Shown in pieces: positions 42,304-52,219 of a stretch of 64,000 nt of DNA (positions are counted from its first letter, which is position 1; every line of letters starts with the position of its first letter). The stretch is from positions 128,001-192,000 of the forward strand of contig CAWCBP010000001.1 in NCBI GenBank assembly GCA_963793865.1. Reading direction: 5' to 3'. A model generated the notes under the pieces. The model saw only the letters and a list, made by a program, of their open reading frames with translations. It had not been told where the DNA came from and searched no databases. Made by a program: the position numbers and the translations under genes. This DNA is from an uncultured delta proteobacterium (lineage in GTDB: Bacteria; Desulfobacterota; WTBG01).

Positions 42304-42624
42304 ATGGCCATTGTGGAAGTGAGCATTGTACCCCTTGGTCTGTCCACGACCAGCCTCAGCGAACAGGTGGCCTTGGTGCTGCAGCCGCTGAAGGAGTCGG
42401 GATTGCGCCACACCCTGACCGCCATGGGCACGATTATTGAGGGTGACCTGGAGGAGGTGATGCGCTGCCTGCTCAGGATGCACGAGGTGCCCTTTGCAAA
42501 AGGGGCGGGCAGGGTCTACACCACCATCAAGATCGACGATCGCCGGGACAAAACGGCAACCATGGAAAGCAAGCTGCGCTCGGTGCGGGAAAAAGAGCAG
42601 GCGGGGGCCGCAGGCAAGGACTGA
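42304..42624 (+). CDS. MTH1187-family thiamine-binding protein
   Basis: EVSIVPLG, AMGTIIEG, RVYTTIKIDDRRDK. Confidence 0.9.
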   Translation: MAIVEVSIVPLGLSTTSLSEQVALVLQPLKESGLRHTLTAMGTIIEGDLEEVMRCLLRMHEVPFAKGAGRVYTTIKIDDRRDKTATMESKLRSVREKEQAGAAGKD

Positions 42625-42683
42625 GCCAGGGTGCACCGTGCACGGAGTCCCGGAGATTGATTAATAATTGGTATATATACGAG

Positions 42684-42749
42684 GTCATTGCGAGCGTCAG
42701 CGAAGCAATCTCATGAGATTGCCGCGTCGCTTGCGCTCCTCGCAATGAC
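42684..42749. repeat. Palindromic REP-like element GTCATTGCGAG...GAAGCAATCTC-AT-GAGATTGC...CTCGCAATGAC
   Basis: Long self-complementary hairpin; same family as 26323-26498. Confidence 0.75.
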
Positions 42750-42781
42750 AACTTTGTTGCGTCTGTTACTATAGTTCGCAA

Positions 42782-42810
42782 TTGACAAGGCTATAAAAGT
42801 TATGTAGTTT
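42782..42810 (+). promoter_or_regulatory. Putative sigma70 promoter (TTGACA-17-TAGTTT) for mgtE-recO-glyRS-ppdK
   Basis: Perfect -35 with 17-bp spacer. Confidence 0.5.
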
Positions 42811-42874
42811 TGAGCCGGAGCAGGCAATCGTAGCAGCGCGCGGCGGCAGCCGACGTGCGGGTGAGTACCGATCC

Positions 42875-44227
42875 ATGGAAAATGTGCAGGAACATCTCGA
42901 AAAGCTGGATCGCCTGATCGATCAGGGCTGGGAGCTGGAGATCATCAAGCTGATTTCCACCCTTCATCCCGCCGATATCGCCGATCTGATCGACGCCCTG
43001 GATGAAGAGAAGAAGAAAAAGCTCTTCGGGCTGCTGCAGATAGAAACCGCCTCCGATGTCATCATGGAGGTTGATGACATTTCGCGGGAGCTGCTCATCG
43101 AAGACATGCCGCAGGACAAGCTTACCCGGATTGTCGACGACATGGAATCCGATGACGCCACCGATTTGATTGCCGAGCTTCCGCAGGAGCAGGCCCAGGA
43201 TATCCTCAGGAAAATCGACAAGGAGGATTCCGAGGAAGTACGGGAGCTTTTGAAATATGACAAGGAAACCGCCGGCGGCATCATGCAGCTGGAGCTGGTC
43301 GCGGTGGGGCAGGGGAGCACGGTGCAGGATGCCATTGAGCACATCCGCTCCTCCGCCGGCGAGGTTGAAGATCTGCACCACGTTTTCATTGTGGATGACG
43401 GGGAAAAATTAGTAGGCATCCTCCCCTTGAGAAAATTGATCCTGGCCTCTCCCGCCAGCACGGTGGGATCGATCATGGATCCGGCGACCATCAGGGTGAC
43501 CCCCGACGTCGATCAGGAGAAGGTGGCGGATATCTTCCGGAAGTATGACATGGTTTCGCTGCCCGTGGTCGATCATGACGGCAGGCTGCAGGGGCGGATC
43601 ATGGTTGATGACGTGGTGGATGTCATTGAAAAGGAGGATTCCGAGGATATCATGAAAATGGCCGGCATCCCCGAGGAGGAGCTGGTGTATGGAAGCCAGG
43701 TGCTGGCCATTGCGCGGCTGCGCCTGCCCTGGCTGATTACCAATCTCTTCGGCGGTCTCCTGACCGGCTATTTGATGTGGCTTTTCCGGGTTACGCTCGA
43801 TCAGGTGCTGGCCCTGGTAACTTTTATCCCCGTCATCACTGCCATGGGTGGAAACATCGGCATACAGTCCTCCTCCATCATGATCCGCGGCTTTGCCATC
43901 GGCCGGGTAGATTTTACCAACCTGAGAAGATTTTTATTCAAGGAGATACGCATTGGTCTGCTCATGGGTCTTGCCTGCGGGGCGTTAGCCGGCTGTGCCG
44001 CCATGATCTGGCATAAAAATCCAGTCCTGGGTCCCATTGTTGCCCTGGCCATGACCATCGGCATAACCACCGCCGCCTCCATGGGGACGCTGGTCCCTGC
44101 ATTCTTTAAAAAGATGAAAATAGATCCGGCCATTGCCGCGGGTCCCTTTGTGACCACGGCGAATGATATTGTGGGCATAATCATTTATCTGGGCATTGCC
44201 ACACTCTTTTTAAAGTTCCTGGCCTAG
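42875..44227 (+). CDS. mgtE: Magnesium transporter MgtE
   Basis: HPADIAD, TAGGIM, CBS pair, RLPWL, GGNIGIQS, DPAIAAGPFVTT.ND. Confidence 0.97.
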   Translation: MENVQEHLEKLDRLIDQGWELEIIKLISTLHPADIADLIDALDEEKKKKLFGLLQIETASDVIMEVDDISRELLIEDMPQDKLTRIVDDMESDDATDLIAELPQEQAQDILRKIDKEDSEEVRELLKYDKETAGGIMQLELVAVGQGSTVQDAIEHIRSSAGEVEDLHHVFIVDDGEKLVGILPLRKLILASPASTVGSIMDPATIRVTPDVDQEKVADIFRKYDMVSLPVVDHDGRLQGRIMVDDVVDVIEKEDSEDIMKMAGIPEEELVYGSQVLAIARLRLPWLITNLFGGLLTGYLMWLFRVTLDQVLALVTFIPVITAMGGNIGIQSSSIMIRGFAIGRVDFTNLRRFLFKEIRIGLLMGLACGALAGCAAMIWHKNPVLGPIVALAMTIGITTAASMGTLVPAFFKKMKIDPAIAAGPFVTTANDIVGIIIYLGIATLFLKFLA

Positions 44228-44245
44228 GGACGTTAGGACAAAACG

Positions 44246-45019
44246 GTGCCGTACTACAAAACCCCGGCGGTGATCCTGCATTCCCTCGATTTTGCCGAAT
44301 CAGACAAGCTGGTGACATTTTTTACCAGGGATTTCGGCAAGCTGCGGGGCATCGCCAAAGGGGCCAAGCGGAGCAGGAAGCGGTTCGGCAGCGGGCTTGA
44401 GCCCCTTACCTGCAGCGCCGTCTGCTTTTTCGAAAAAGAGAAGGCCTCCCTGGTGCGGCTCGATCACTGCGAAATTGTTGATACCTTCCCGCACATTCAC
44501 AGCGACATGCTGCTGATCGGCTATGCCGGTTACATCGCCGAGCTGATCAGCGTGACCGCTGCGGAGCGGGAGCGCAGCGGCGAGCTGTACGCGCTGCTGA
44601 TCTGCTTTTTCGAGCTGCTCAACCAGCCCGCCTTCAGGGAGGAGTTTGTCCGCATCTTCGAGCTCCGGCTGCTTGCCCTTGCCGGCTACCGGCCCGAGCT
44701 GCGCAGCTGCGTCATGTGCCGCAGGGAGGCGAAGGACAAGCACCGGCACTGGTTCTGCCAGAGCAAGGGGGGGATCATCTGCAGCGATTGCGTCCGGGAC
44801 TCGCTTGACCACGCGCATCTTTCCTGGGGCACCATCCGCACCCTGCAGCGGGCCCAGACCATTGAGCTGGAAAAAATCAGGCGCCTCTGCTTCTCCGCGC
44901 AGGCCCGCGAAGAAAGCAGGAGGATACTGCCCCACTTCATCGAGTACCGGATTGAAAAACCCCTCAAGTCTCTCCGCCTGCTGCAGCAGCTGGAGGGAAA
45001 AGGGGGGACACCCCATTAA
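44246..45019 (+). CDS. recO: DNA repair protein RecO
   Basis: ESDKLV.FFT..FGK..GIAKGA.RS.KRF, FEL.LL...GY.P, CxxC...CxxC. Confidence 0.95.
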   Translation: MPYYKTPAVILHSLDFAESDKLVTFFTRDFGKLRGIAKGAKRSRKRFGSGLEPLTCSAVCFFEKEKASLVRLDHCEIVDTFPHIHSDMLLIGYAGYIAELISVTAAERERSGELYALLICFFELLNQPAFREEFVRIFELRLLALAGYRPELRSCVMCRREAKDKHRHWFCQSKGGIICSDCVRDSLDHAHLSWGTIRTLQRAQTIELEKIRRLCFSAQAREESRRILPHFIEYRIEKPLKSLRLLQQLEGKGGTPH

Positions 45020-45049
45020 CGGCATCTGTGCCGGCTAGGCAGGAGTATC

Positions 45050-46366
45050 ATGACGGTTGAAATGGATAAAATTGTTTCATTGTGCAAGCGGCGCGGCATC
45101 ATCTTTCAGAACAGCGAGATATACGGCGGGATCGGCAACACCTGGGACTATGGCCCCCTGGGCGTTGAGCTGAAGAGAAATGTAAAGGAGGCGTGGTGGA
45201 AAGCGGTGGTATACGGGCGCGATGACATGGAGGGCCTGGATGCCGCCATCCTCATGAACCCCACCACCTGGCAGGCCTCGGGGCACCTGGAAAGCTTCAC
45301 CGACCCGCTGGTGGACTGCAAAAAGTGCAAGCACCGCTTCAGGCTCGATGACCTCAAGGGCGCTGCCTGCCCCGATTGCGGGGGCGAGCTGACCGAGGCG
45401 CGTTCCTTCAATCTCATGTTCAAGACCTTTGTCGGGCCGGTGGAGGATGCGGCCTCGGTTGCCTACCTGCGTCCCGAAACCGCCCAGGGCATCTTTGTCA
45501 ATTTTGCCAACGTGCAGCAGATGATGCGGCGCAAAATCCCCTTCGGCATCGCCCAGATCGGCAAATCCTTTCGCAACGAGATCACCCCGGGAAACTTTAC
45601 CTTCCGCACCCGGGAGTTTGAGCAGATGGAGATCGAGTTTTTTGTCAAGCCGGGCACCGATGAAGCGTGGTATGAGCACTGGGTGAACGAGCGCTTCCGC
45701 TGGTATCTGGACCTGGGCATCAACAAGGACCATTTGCGCCTGCGCACGCATGAAGCGCATGAGCTGGCCCACTACGCCAAGGCGTGCGTCGATGTCGAGT
45801 ACCTCTTTCCCATGGGCTGGTCGGAGCTGGAGGGCATTGCCAACCGCGGTGACTATGACCTGCGCAAGCACTCCGAGTTCAGCAAAAAGGACCTGAGCTA
45901 TTTTGACGAAGCTGCCAAGGAGAAATACATCCCCTGTGTCATCGAACCCTCCGCGGGCGCGGACAGGGCAACCCTCTCGTTCCTGATCGATGCCTACCGG
46001 GAAGAGGAAGTACGGGGGGAGAAACGCACCGTCCTGGCGCTGCAGAACAGGCTGGCGCCGATAAAGATAGCGGTACTGCCCCTGCTGAAAAAACGTTCCG
46101 ACATCGTGGAGCTGGCTAAAAAGCTCGTCGCCGACCTGCGCAGCGAAGGCAAGACCGTCTACGATGATACGGCAAGCATCGGCAGGCTCTACCGCAGGCA
46201 GGACGAAATCGGCACTCCCTACTGCGTGACCGTTGACGTGCAGTCTCTGGATGACGGCCAGGTGACGGTCAGGGACCGCGATTCCATGCGGCAGGTGCGG
46301 ATTTCCCTGGATGCGATCAAGACATATCTGAAGAAGTGCCTGGACAGAGGAGGGCTGGCTGATTGA
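45050..46366 (+). CDS. glyQS: Glycine--tRNA ligase, homodimeric alpha2 type
   Basis: CKRRG, DYGPLG.ELK.N, YLRPETAQGIF, GKSFRNEITP, FRTREFEQME, IEPSAG.DR, YRRQDEIGTP. Confidence 0.95.
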   Translation: MTVEMDKIVSLCKRRGIIFQNSEIYGGIGNTWDYGPLGVELKRNVKEAWWKAVVYGRDDMEGLDAAILMNPTTWQASGHLESFTDPLVDCKKCKHRFRLDDLKGAACPDCGGELTEARSFNLMFKTFVGPVEDAASVAYLRPETAQGIFVNFANVQQMMRRKIPFGIAQIGKSFRNEITPGNFTFRTREFEQMEIEFFVKPGTDEAWYEHWVNERFRWYLDLGINKDHLRLRTHEAHELAHYAKACVDVEYLFPMGWSELEGIANRGDYDLRKHSEFSKKDLSYFDEAAKEKYIPCVIEPSAGADRATLSFLIDAYREEEVRGEKRTVLALQNRLAPIKIAVLPLLKKRSDIVELAKKLVADLRSEGKTVYDDTASIGRLYRRQDEIGTPYCVTVDVQSLDDGQVTVRDRDSMRQVRISLDAIKTYLKKCLDRGGLAD

Positions 46367-46413
46367 GCCGGCATGCTTTTTAAATAATAACATCTCGTTG
46401 AAGGGGAACCGGT

Positions 46414-49143
46414 ATGGCGCACAAATACGTTTATTTCTTCGGGGAAGGCGCGGCGGAAGGCAGGGCGGAGATGAAAGAGCTGCTGGGGGGCAAGGGGGCA
46501 AACCTGGCCGAAATGAGTTCCCTTGCCATACCCGTTCCCGCGGGGTTTACCATATCCACCGAGGTGTGCAGCTATTTTTACGACAAGGGATCCTATCCCC
46601 CGGAGATGGAGGGGCAGGTGAGCGAAGCCCTGGCCCGCGTCGAAAAGGTGATGGGGGCGCGGTTCGGCGATCATGACAACCCGCTGCTCCTTTCGGTCCG
46701 CTCGGGGGCCCGCGCCTCCATGCCGGGCATGATGGACACCGTCTTAAACCTCGGATTGAACGATGTCACGGTGGAGGGGCTCATCGCCCGGTCCGGCAAC
46801 GCCCGCTTTGCCTATGACAGCTACAGACGGTTCGTGGCCATGTTCGGCGATGTGGTGCTGGGGCTGAAGCCCGAGGGCAAGGATGATATTGATCCCTTCG
46901 AGGAGATACTGGAGGAGAAAAAGAAAGCGCGCGGGGTGCACTATGACACGGAGCTGACCGCCGATGATTTAAAGGAGCTGGTGAAGGCCTTCAAGGGGGC
47001 CATCAGCAAGAAAACGGGAAGGGATTTCCCGGAGGATCCCAAAGAGCAGCTCTGGCTCTCCATCGGGGCGGTGTTCAAGAGCTGGATGAATGAGCGCGCC
47101 ATTGTGTATCGCAAGCTCAACAACATTCCCGCGGAGTGGGGGACGGCGGTCAACGTGCAGGCGATGGTGTTCGGCAACCGGGGCGAGGACTGCGGCACCG
47201 GCGTGGCCTTCACCCGGGATCCGGCGACGGGCGAGAAGAAGTTTTACGGTGAGTACCTGATTAACGCCCAGGGCGAGGACGTGGTGGCGGGCATCAGGAC
47301 GCCGCAGAAAATAGAACAGCTGAAAAAGGAGATGCCGGACATTTACGACCAGCTGGTTTCCATTTATCAAAACCTGGAAAAGCACTACCGTGACATGCAG
47401 GACATGGAATTCACGGTGCAGAACAAGAAGCTCTGGATGCTGCAGACGCGCACCGGCAAGCGGACGGGCTTTGCCGCCTTCCGCATCGCGGTCGACCTGG
47501 TGGAGGAGGGGTTGATATCCAGGCAGGAGGCGCTGATGCGGGTGGAGCCTGAACAGCTCAACCAGCTGCTCAGGCCGGTCTTCGATCTGCAGGAAAAGGC
47601 AAAGGCGATCAAGGAAGGCAGGCTGCTGTCAAGGGGCCTCAATGCAGGGCCGGGCGCCGCCTGCGGGCGGGTGGTTTTTAACGCGGCGGATGCCGAGCGC
47701 CGCTCGAAGGAGGGTGAAAAGGTGGTCCTGGTGAGGATCGAGACCTCTCCCGAGGACATCAAGGGCATGGATGCCGCGGAGGGTATTTTGACGGCGCGGG
47801 GCGGAATGACTTCTCACGCGGCCCTGGTTGCCCGCCAGATGGGCAAGGTATGTGTTGCCGGATGCGGCGACCTGGCCATTGATTACAAGAAGCGCCGGAT
47901 CGAGGTCAATGGCAAGGTTGTCAAGGAAGGTGAGTTCATCGCCCTGGACGGGACCACCGGCGAGGTGATCGCGGGTGCCATCAACACCAGGCCCTCGGAG
48001 GTGTTGCAGGTGCTGCTGGGGAAAAGCCTTGATCCCGCCCGTTCCGAAACCTATCAAACCTACGCCAAGATCATGAGCTGGGCGGACGAGGCGCGCCGGC
48101 TCAAGGTGCGGGCCAACGCGGACCAGCCCGACCAGGCGGCCAACGCCATTGCCTTCGGGGCCGAGGGCATCGGGCTCTGCCGGACGGAGCACATGTTCTT
48201 CGGCGGCGAGCGGATTGACGCGGTGCGGGAGATGATCCTCGCCGATGACCGGGCGGGGAGGGAAAAGGCGCTTGAGAAGCTGCTGCCCATGCAGCGCGAC
48301 GACTTTAAGGGCATATTCCGGGCGATGAAGGGGCTGCCGGTCACCATCAGAACCCTGGATCCCCCCCTGCACGAATTTCTGCCCCATACGGACAAGGAGA
48401 TAGAATCGCTGGCCACAATCATGAAAGCGCCGGCGGAGGAGATCAAGGCAAAGGTTGCCGCTCTCCACGAGACCAATCCCATGCTGGGCCATCGCGGCTG
48501 CAGGCTGGGCATTGTGTATCCCGAAATAACCGCCATGCAGGCCCGTGCCATCCTGGAGGCTGCCTGTGAAGTTTCCAGGGAAGGCGTGAAGGTGCACCCG
48601 GAAATCATGATTCCCCTGGTGGGACATGTGAACGAGCTCAAGGCGCAGGAGACGGTCGTGCGCGGGGTTGCGGATGAGGTGTTCAAACAGCAGGGAATGA
48701 GGATTGATTATATGCTGGGCACCATGATCGAACTGCCGCGGGCGGCCATTACCGCCGATCAAATAGCCGAGGTTGCCGAATTCTTCAGCTTCGGCACCAA
48801 CGATCTTACCCAGACCACCTTCGGCCTGTCCCGTGACGACGCAGGCAAATTCCTTCCCGTCTATACCAGGGAAGACATCCTGCCCAGGGATCCTTTTCAG
48901 GCCATTGACCGCGAAGGGGTGGGGCAGTTGATGAAGTGGGGCGTTGATCGGGGACGGAGCACGAAAAAGAACCTTAAAGTGGGCATTTGCGGCGAGCACG
49001 GCGGCGAGCCCAGCTCAGTCGAATTCTGCCACGGCATCGGCATGGACTATGTGAGCTGTTCGCCCTTCAGACTGCCGGTTGCCAGGCTGTCCGCGGCCCA
49101 GGCGGCCCTGAAAGACAAAATGAAGGTTGAGAAGGATTTTTAA
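46414..49143 (+). CDS. ppdK: Pyruvate, phosphate dikinase
   Basis: [56 protein letters not shown]. Confidence 0.98.
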   Translation: MAHKYVYFFGEGAAEGRAEMKELLGGKGANLAEMSSLAIPVPAGFTISTEVCSYFYDKGSYPPEMEGQVSEALARVEKVMGARFGDHDNPLLLSVRSGARASMPGMMDTVLNLGLNDVTVEGLIARSGNARFAYDSYRRFVAMFGDVVLGLKPEGKDDIDPFEEILEEKKKARGVHYDTELTADDLKELVKAFKGAISKKTGRDFPEDPKEQLWLSIGAVFKSWMNERAIVYRKLNNIPAEWGTAVNVQAMVFGNRGEDCGTGVAFTRDPATGEKKFYGEYLINAQGEDVVAGIRTPQKIEQLKKEMPDIYDQLVSIYQNLEKHYRDMQDMEFTVQNKKLWMLQTRTGKRTGFAAFRIAVDLVEEGLISRQEALMRVEPEQLNQLLRPVFDLQEKAKAIKEGRLLSRGLNAGPGAACGRVVFNAADAERRSKEGEKVVLVRIETSPEDIKGMDAAEGILTARGGMTSHAALVARQMGKVCVAGCGDLAIDYKKRRIEVNGKVVKEGEFIALDGTTGEVIAGAINTRPSEVLQVLLGKSLDPARSETYQTYAKIMSWADEARRLKVRANADQPDQAANAIAFGAEGIGLCRTEHMFFGGERIDAVREMILADDRAGREKALEKLLPMQRDDFKGIFRAMKGLPVTIRTLDPPLHEFLPHTDKEIESLATIMKAPAEEIKAKVAALHETNPMLGHRGCRLGIVYPEITAMQARAILEAACEVSREGVKVHPEIMIPLVGHVNELKAQETVVRGVADEVFKQQGMRIDYMLGTMIELPRAAITADQIAEVAEFFSFGTNDLTQTTFGLSRDDAGKFLPVYTREDILPRDPFQAIDREGVGQLMKWGVDRGRSTKKNLKVGICGEHGGEPSSVEFCHGIGMDYVSCSPFRLPVARLSAAQAALKDKMKVEKDF

Positions 49144-49222
49144 TTGCAGACCTCTGCCTTTCCTTCGTTCGGAGCGGCGGGGGTTGGCAGCGTTATGAGA
49201 GGCGGTACGCAGTATCGTAACC

Positions 49223-50615
49223 ATGATGCGGAGTAATCTGAGCACAATAAAAACTATTCCACTGAAGCTGGCTGTAAGTGTCCTGACGGTACTTGCAGTC
49301 AGCTTTTTTCCTCATTCTGTCTCGGCCGATGGCTCATTCCATACGGCATCAGCGACATGGTTGACATCGCCGGCATCAACAGCCGCGTTCTGGTTCACCT
49401 GGTTTACTCCACCCCTGATAATTTCCTTCGTGATGACGTGTACGGAGACCTGGAAGCCTGCTACCTGCGGGGCGACGCGGCTGATCAGCTGAGCAGGGCG
49501 CAGGATGCATTGGAAAGCAGGAACAAAGGTTTCCGTCTCATGGTCTATGACTGCGTGAGGCCGCGCACCATACAGTATGAAATGTGGCGCATGGTGAAAG
49601 GCACCAGGCAGGAGACATACGTTGCGGAACCTGAAAAGGGGTCCATCCACAATTACGGCGCGGCGGTGGATCTCACCATTGCTGATGAAAATGGCGCACC
49701 GCTCAATATGGGTACCCCTTTTGACTCATTTGGTGAGGCCTCGCAGCCCCGCCATGAAAAACAGATGCTCAAGCAGGGCCGGTTGACCAGGGGTCAGGTT
49801 GCCAACCGGCAGATGCTGAGGGATGTCATGCGGGAGGCGGGATTCATCGGCATACCCGAAGAGTGGTGGCACTTCCAAACCGTTGACATCCAGACGGCGA
49901 TCAACCGCTATCCGGCGGTTGAGTTTTTCCTGCCGGAGCAATGGGCCATAGCCGCGCTTCGCCAGGCGGCCGATCTGCCGAGAGACGCGGACGGTTATTG
50001 CCTGCTGGTCAATGGATCTCAGAAGATGCTCTACCTTATAAAGCACGATGACATAGAGCTTGTGTATGACGTTGCCCTGGGCTCGGGCGGGCTGGGCAAG
50101 ATGCGCGAGGGGGATTGCAGGACGCCGCTGGGCGACTATTCGATAAAATGGATGGTGAGCAAGCGCGGCCCCCGCAAGGAAAATCCAGGCGGGACCGGCA
50201 GTTTTATCGTTGACGGCAAAACCTACGCGGTGCTGGACACGGAGCTGTTCTTCGGGACGACCCCACTGCCATAACCGTGGAGACCCTCCCGGACGGCACC
50301 CGGAAGGTTTCGGACAGCCCCTTTGAAAGAAGCATAACCGCCGAGGAGATTGCCATCGCCCAGGGAGAAAAGCTGTGGACCGATGCCTATGGCGGTAAAG
50401 ACGCGTACGTCATGGCCCTTGACTATCCCAATGAAATGGACCGGGCCGAGGGCAAGACCGGAAGTTGCATCGAGATCCACGCCTCGGTTAATCTGGAACG
50501 GTCAGGATACCGGAATTACGGGGGCACCCTGGGCTGCATCGCCCTCTATCCCCCGTTTGCCGCGAAGATTTATCAGCGGGTCAATCCCGGAACAAAGGTT
50601 AGAATAGTTGAGTAG
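49223..50615 (+). CDS. Probable single secreted protein: M15D D-Ala-D-Ala dipeptidase (VanX/DdpX-like) fused to a YkuD L,D-transpeptidase-like domain; frameshifts near ~49330 and ~50255
   Basis: YDCVRP, SIHNYGAAVDLT, MGTPFD.F, EWWHF; then K.REGD.RTP.G.Y and GSCIEIH...GTLGCIAL. Confidence 0.7.
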
Positions 50616-50949
50616 GGTGTATTGAAAATCAGGGGGCAGGGTACAGAAGGAAATGCCACCGCTGTTTTTTCTCTTTGTGGTTCAAATTTGGAGTTCTGGA
50701 GTATTGGAAAAGCGATGCCTCGATACAGCAATGGAGGGACGCGCGTCGTTGCGTCCGATGATAATTTCTTGGAATCCAAAAATTTCTTCCGGCTGTTCCT
50801 CTCTTACCGTCGACCTTGGACTGCGCCTCTTAACGCTTGCCAATCCACTCTTTTACCGGTATAATTTATAAGGTTTTTCAGAAGGATGGTGCATACACAA
50901 TCATCTATGCCTTATAGTACTTGCGGGCATAGCTTTGAGGAGCATTTGT

Positions 50950-51201
50950 ATGAAGACCACAAATGGCATAGAGGTCAATCCCAAAGTCATGATGGGAAAA
51001 CCGGTAATTCGCGGCACCCGTATTACTGTCGAGCTTATCCTCAGAAAACTGAGCGAGGGTGCTACTCACACAGAGTTGCTGGAGGCCTATCCAAAACTGA
51101 CACGGAAAAGTATTCAGGCTGCAATCAGATATGCAGCCGACACACTATCGCACGAAGAAATGGTAGTAATCAGCGCTCCAAAGAGATCAGCCTGGAAATA
51201 G
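50950..51201 (+). CDS. DUF433 antitoxin-like protein
   Basis: NPKVMMGKPVIRGTRI.V..IL..L..G....ELL..YP.LT. Confidence 0.92.
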   Translation: MKTTNGIEVNPKVMMGKPVIRGTRITVELILRKLSEGATHTELLEAYPKLTRKSIQAAIRYAADTLSHEEMVVISAPKRSAWK

Positions 51202-51204
51202 ACC

Positions 51205-51561
51205 ATGCGTTTTCTTGCTGATGAATGTTGTGACTTTTCAGTGGTACAGGCACTTCGAACAGCGGGATACGACGTGCTGTGTGTCTCGGAAGTTAAGCCG
51301 CGTGCCGATGACACTGAAGTTATAAAGCGAGCAGGCCGTGATAAAAGAATTCTACTGACTGAAGATAAGGATTTCGGCCAGCTGGTTTATGCGCATGGCT
51401 ATAAAATACCAGGTGTGATTTTTTTAAGATTTCCGTCTTCTGCTAGAAAGTCAATAGCAGAAGATGTGGTTAAGCTTGTAGACCAGCAGGGAGAGAATTT
51501 AATCGGTTGCTTCACCACAGTGCAACCTGGTCAAATACGCATTACCCGTCCACCACGCTGA
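51205..51561 (+). CDS. DUF5615 PIN-like (VapC45-type) toxin
   Basis: MRFLADEC, LR..GYDV, DD.EV, RILLTEDKDFG.L. Confidence 0.92.
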   Translation: MRFLADECCDFSVVQALRTAGYDVLCVSEVKPRADDTEVIKRAGRDKRILLTEDKDFGQLVYAHGYKIPGVIFLRFPSSARKSIAEDVVKLVDQQGENLIGCFTTVQPGQIRITRPPR

Positions 51562-51854
51562 TTCGTGGAGGGCGGTCATCTTCTTTTTGCTGTTTCTGCC
51601 GCGATCTTTCTCTCCTCCCTCCTGTATCCTGCAGCGTGCGTCCGGTCACTTGGTCAATCCAGTCAACAACTTCCCGTATTTTCCAAGGAGATTTCTTTTT
51701 TACGAAAAGAGTGTTGCGCACTTTATTCAAAAAAGCGCAGTTTTTGCGCAATTTTTTTATTGCTCATAAAGGGAAATAAGGATTTCTTAGGCAGGACAAA
51801 AGAGAGATTGCGCTTTTTGGGCAGAAGACGACAAATTGTTATTCATCGATGTGG

Positions 51855-51965
51855 ATATTTGATATCGAAATGTGGAAAAATATTTCAAACCGTAGTTACT
51901 GGTCATTATGGTAGTAGTAGAAACAAATCACCCGCTCCAATTTACTGATGTTTGCAGATGTATCA
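51855..51965 (+). repeat. Degenerate copy E0 of the ~200-bp intergenic element
   Basis: Colinear with the reverse complement of ~62185-62290, including TATGGTAGTA and an exact 17-mer ATGTTTGCAGATGTATC. Confidence 0.6.
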
Positions 51966-52219
51966 CGTGCATTCGCTGCGAATCAGATTTTTTGTATAAT
52001 ACTCAGAATTTTCTGACTACAGGCACCCCAAGATATGGTATTAATTCCCGGCATGATGAGGGTAAAATTACATTGATAAAAGAGGGATTCTGTGCTTTAA
52101 TTTAATACCACACAGCATTTGTAGGTGTTCCGATGAACGCACTTATGGACATAACCCCACTTTTTCTTAGATGGAGAAGTCTGAGAGGGTGGGGATTTGT
52201 ATTTTGAGAGGGTATAATT

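Noticed and set aside
39029..48999. Long antisense ORFs (39029-40024, 45077-46501, 47629-48999 and others)
   Set aside because: Shadow frames of high-GC housekeeping genes with no recognisable motifs
51565..51948. 127-aa ORF after the TA pair
   Set aside because: No motif or convincing RBS; overlaps AT-rich regulatory-like sequence and E0
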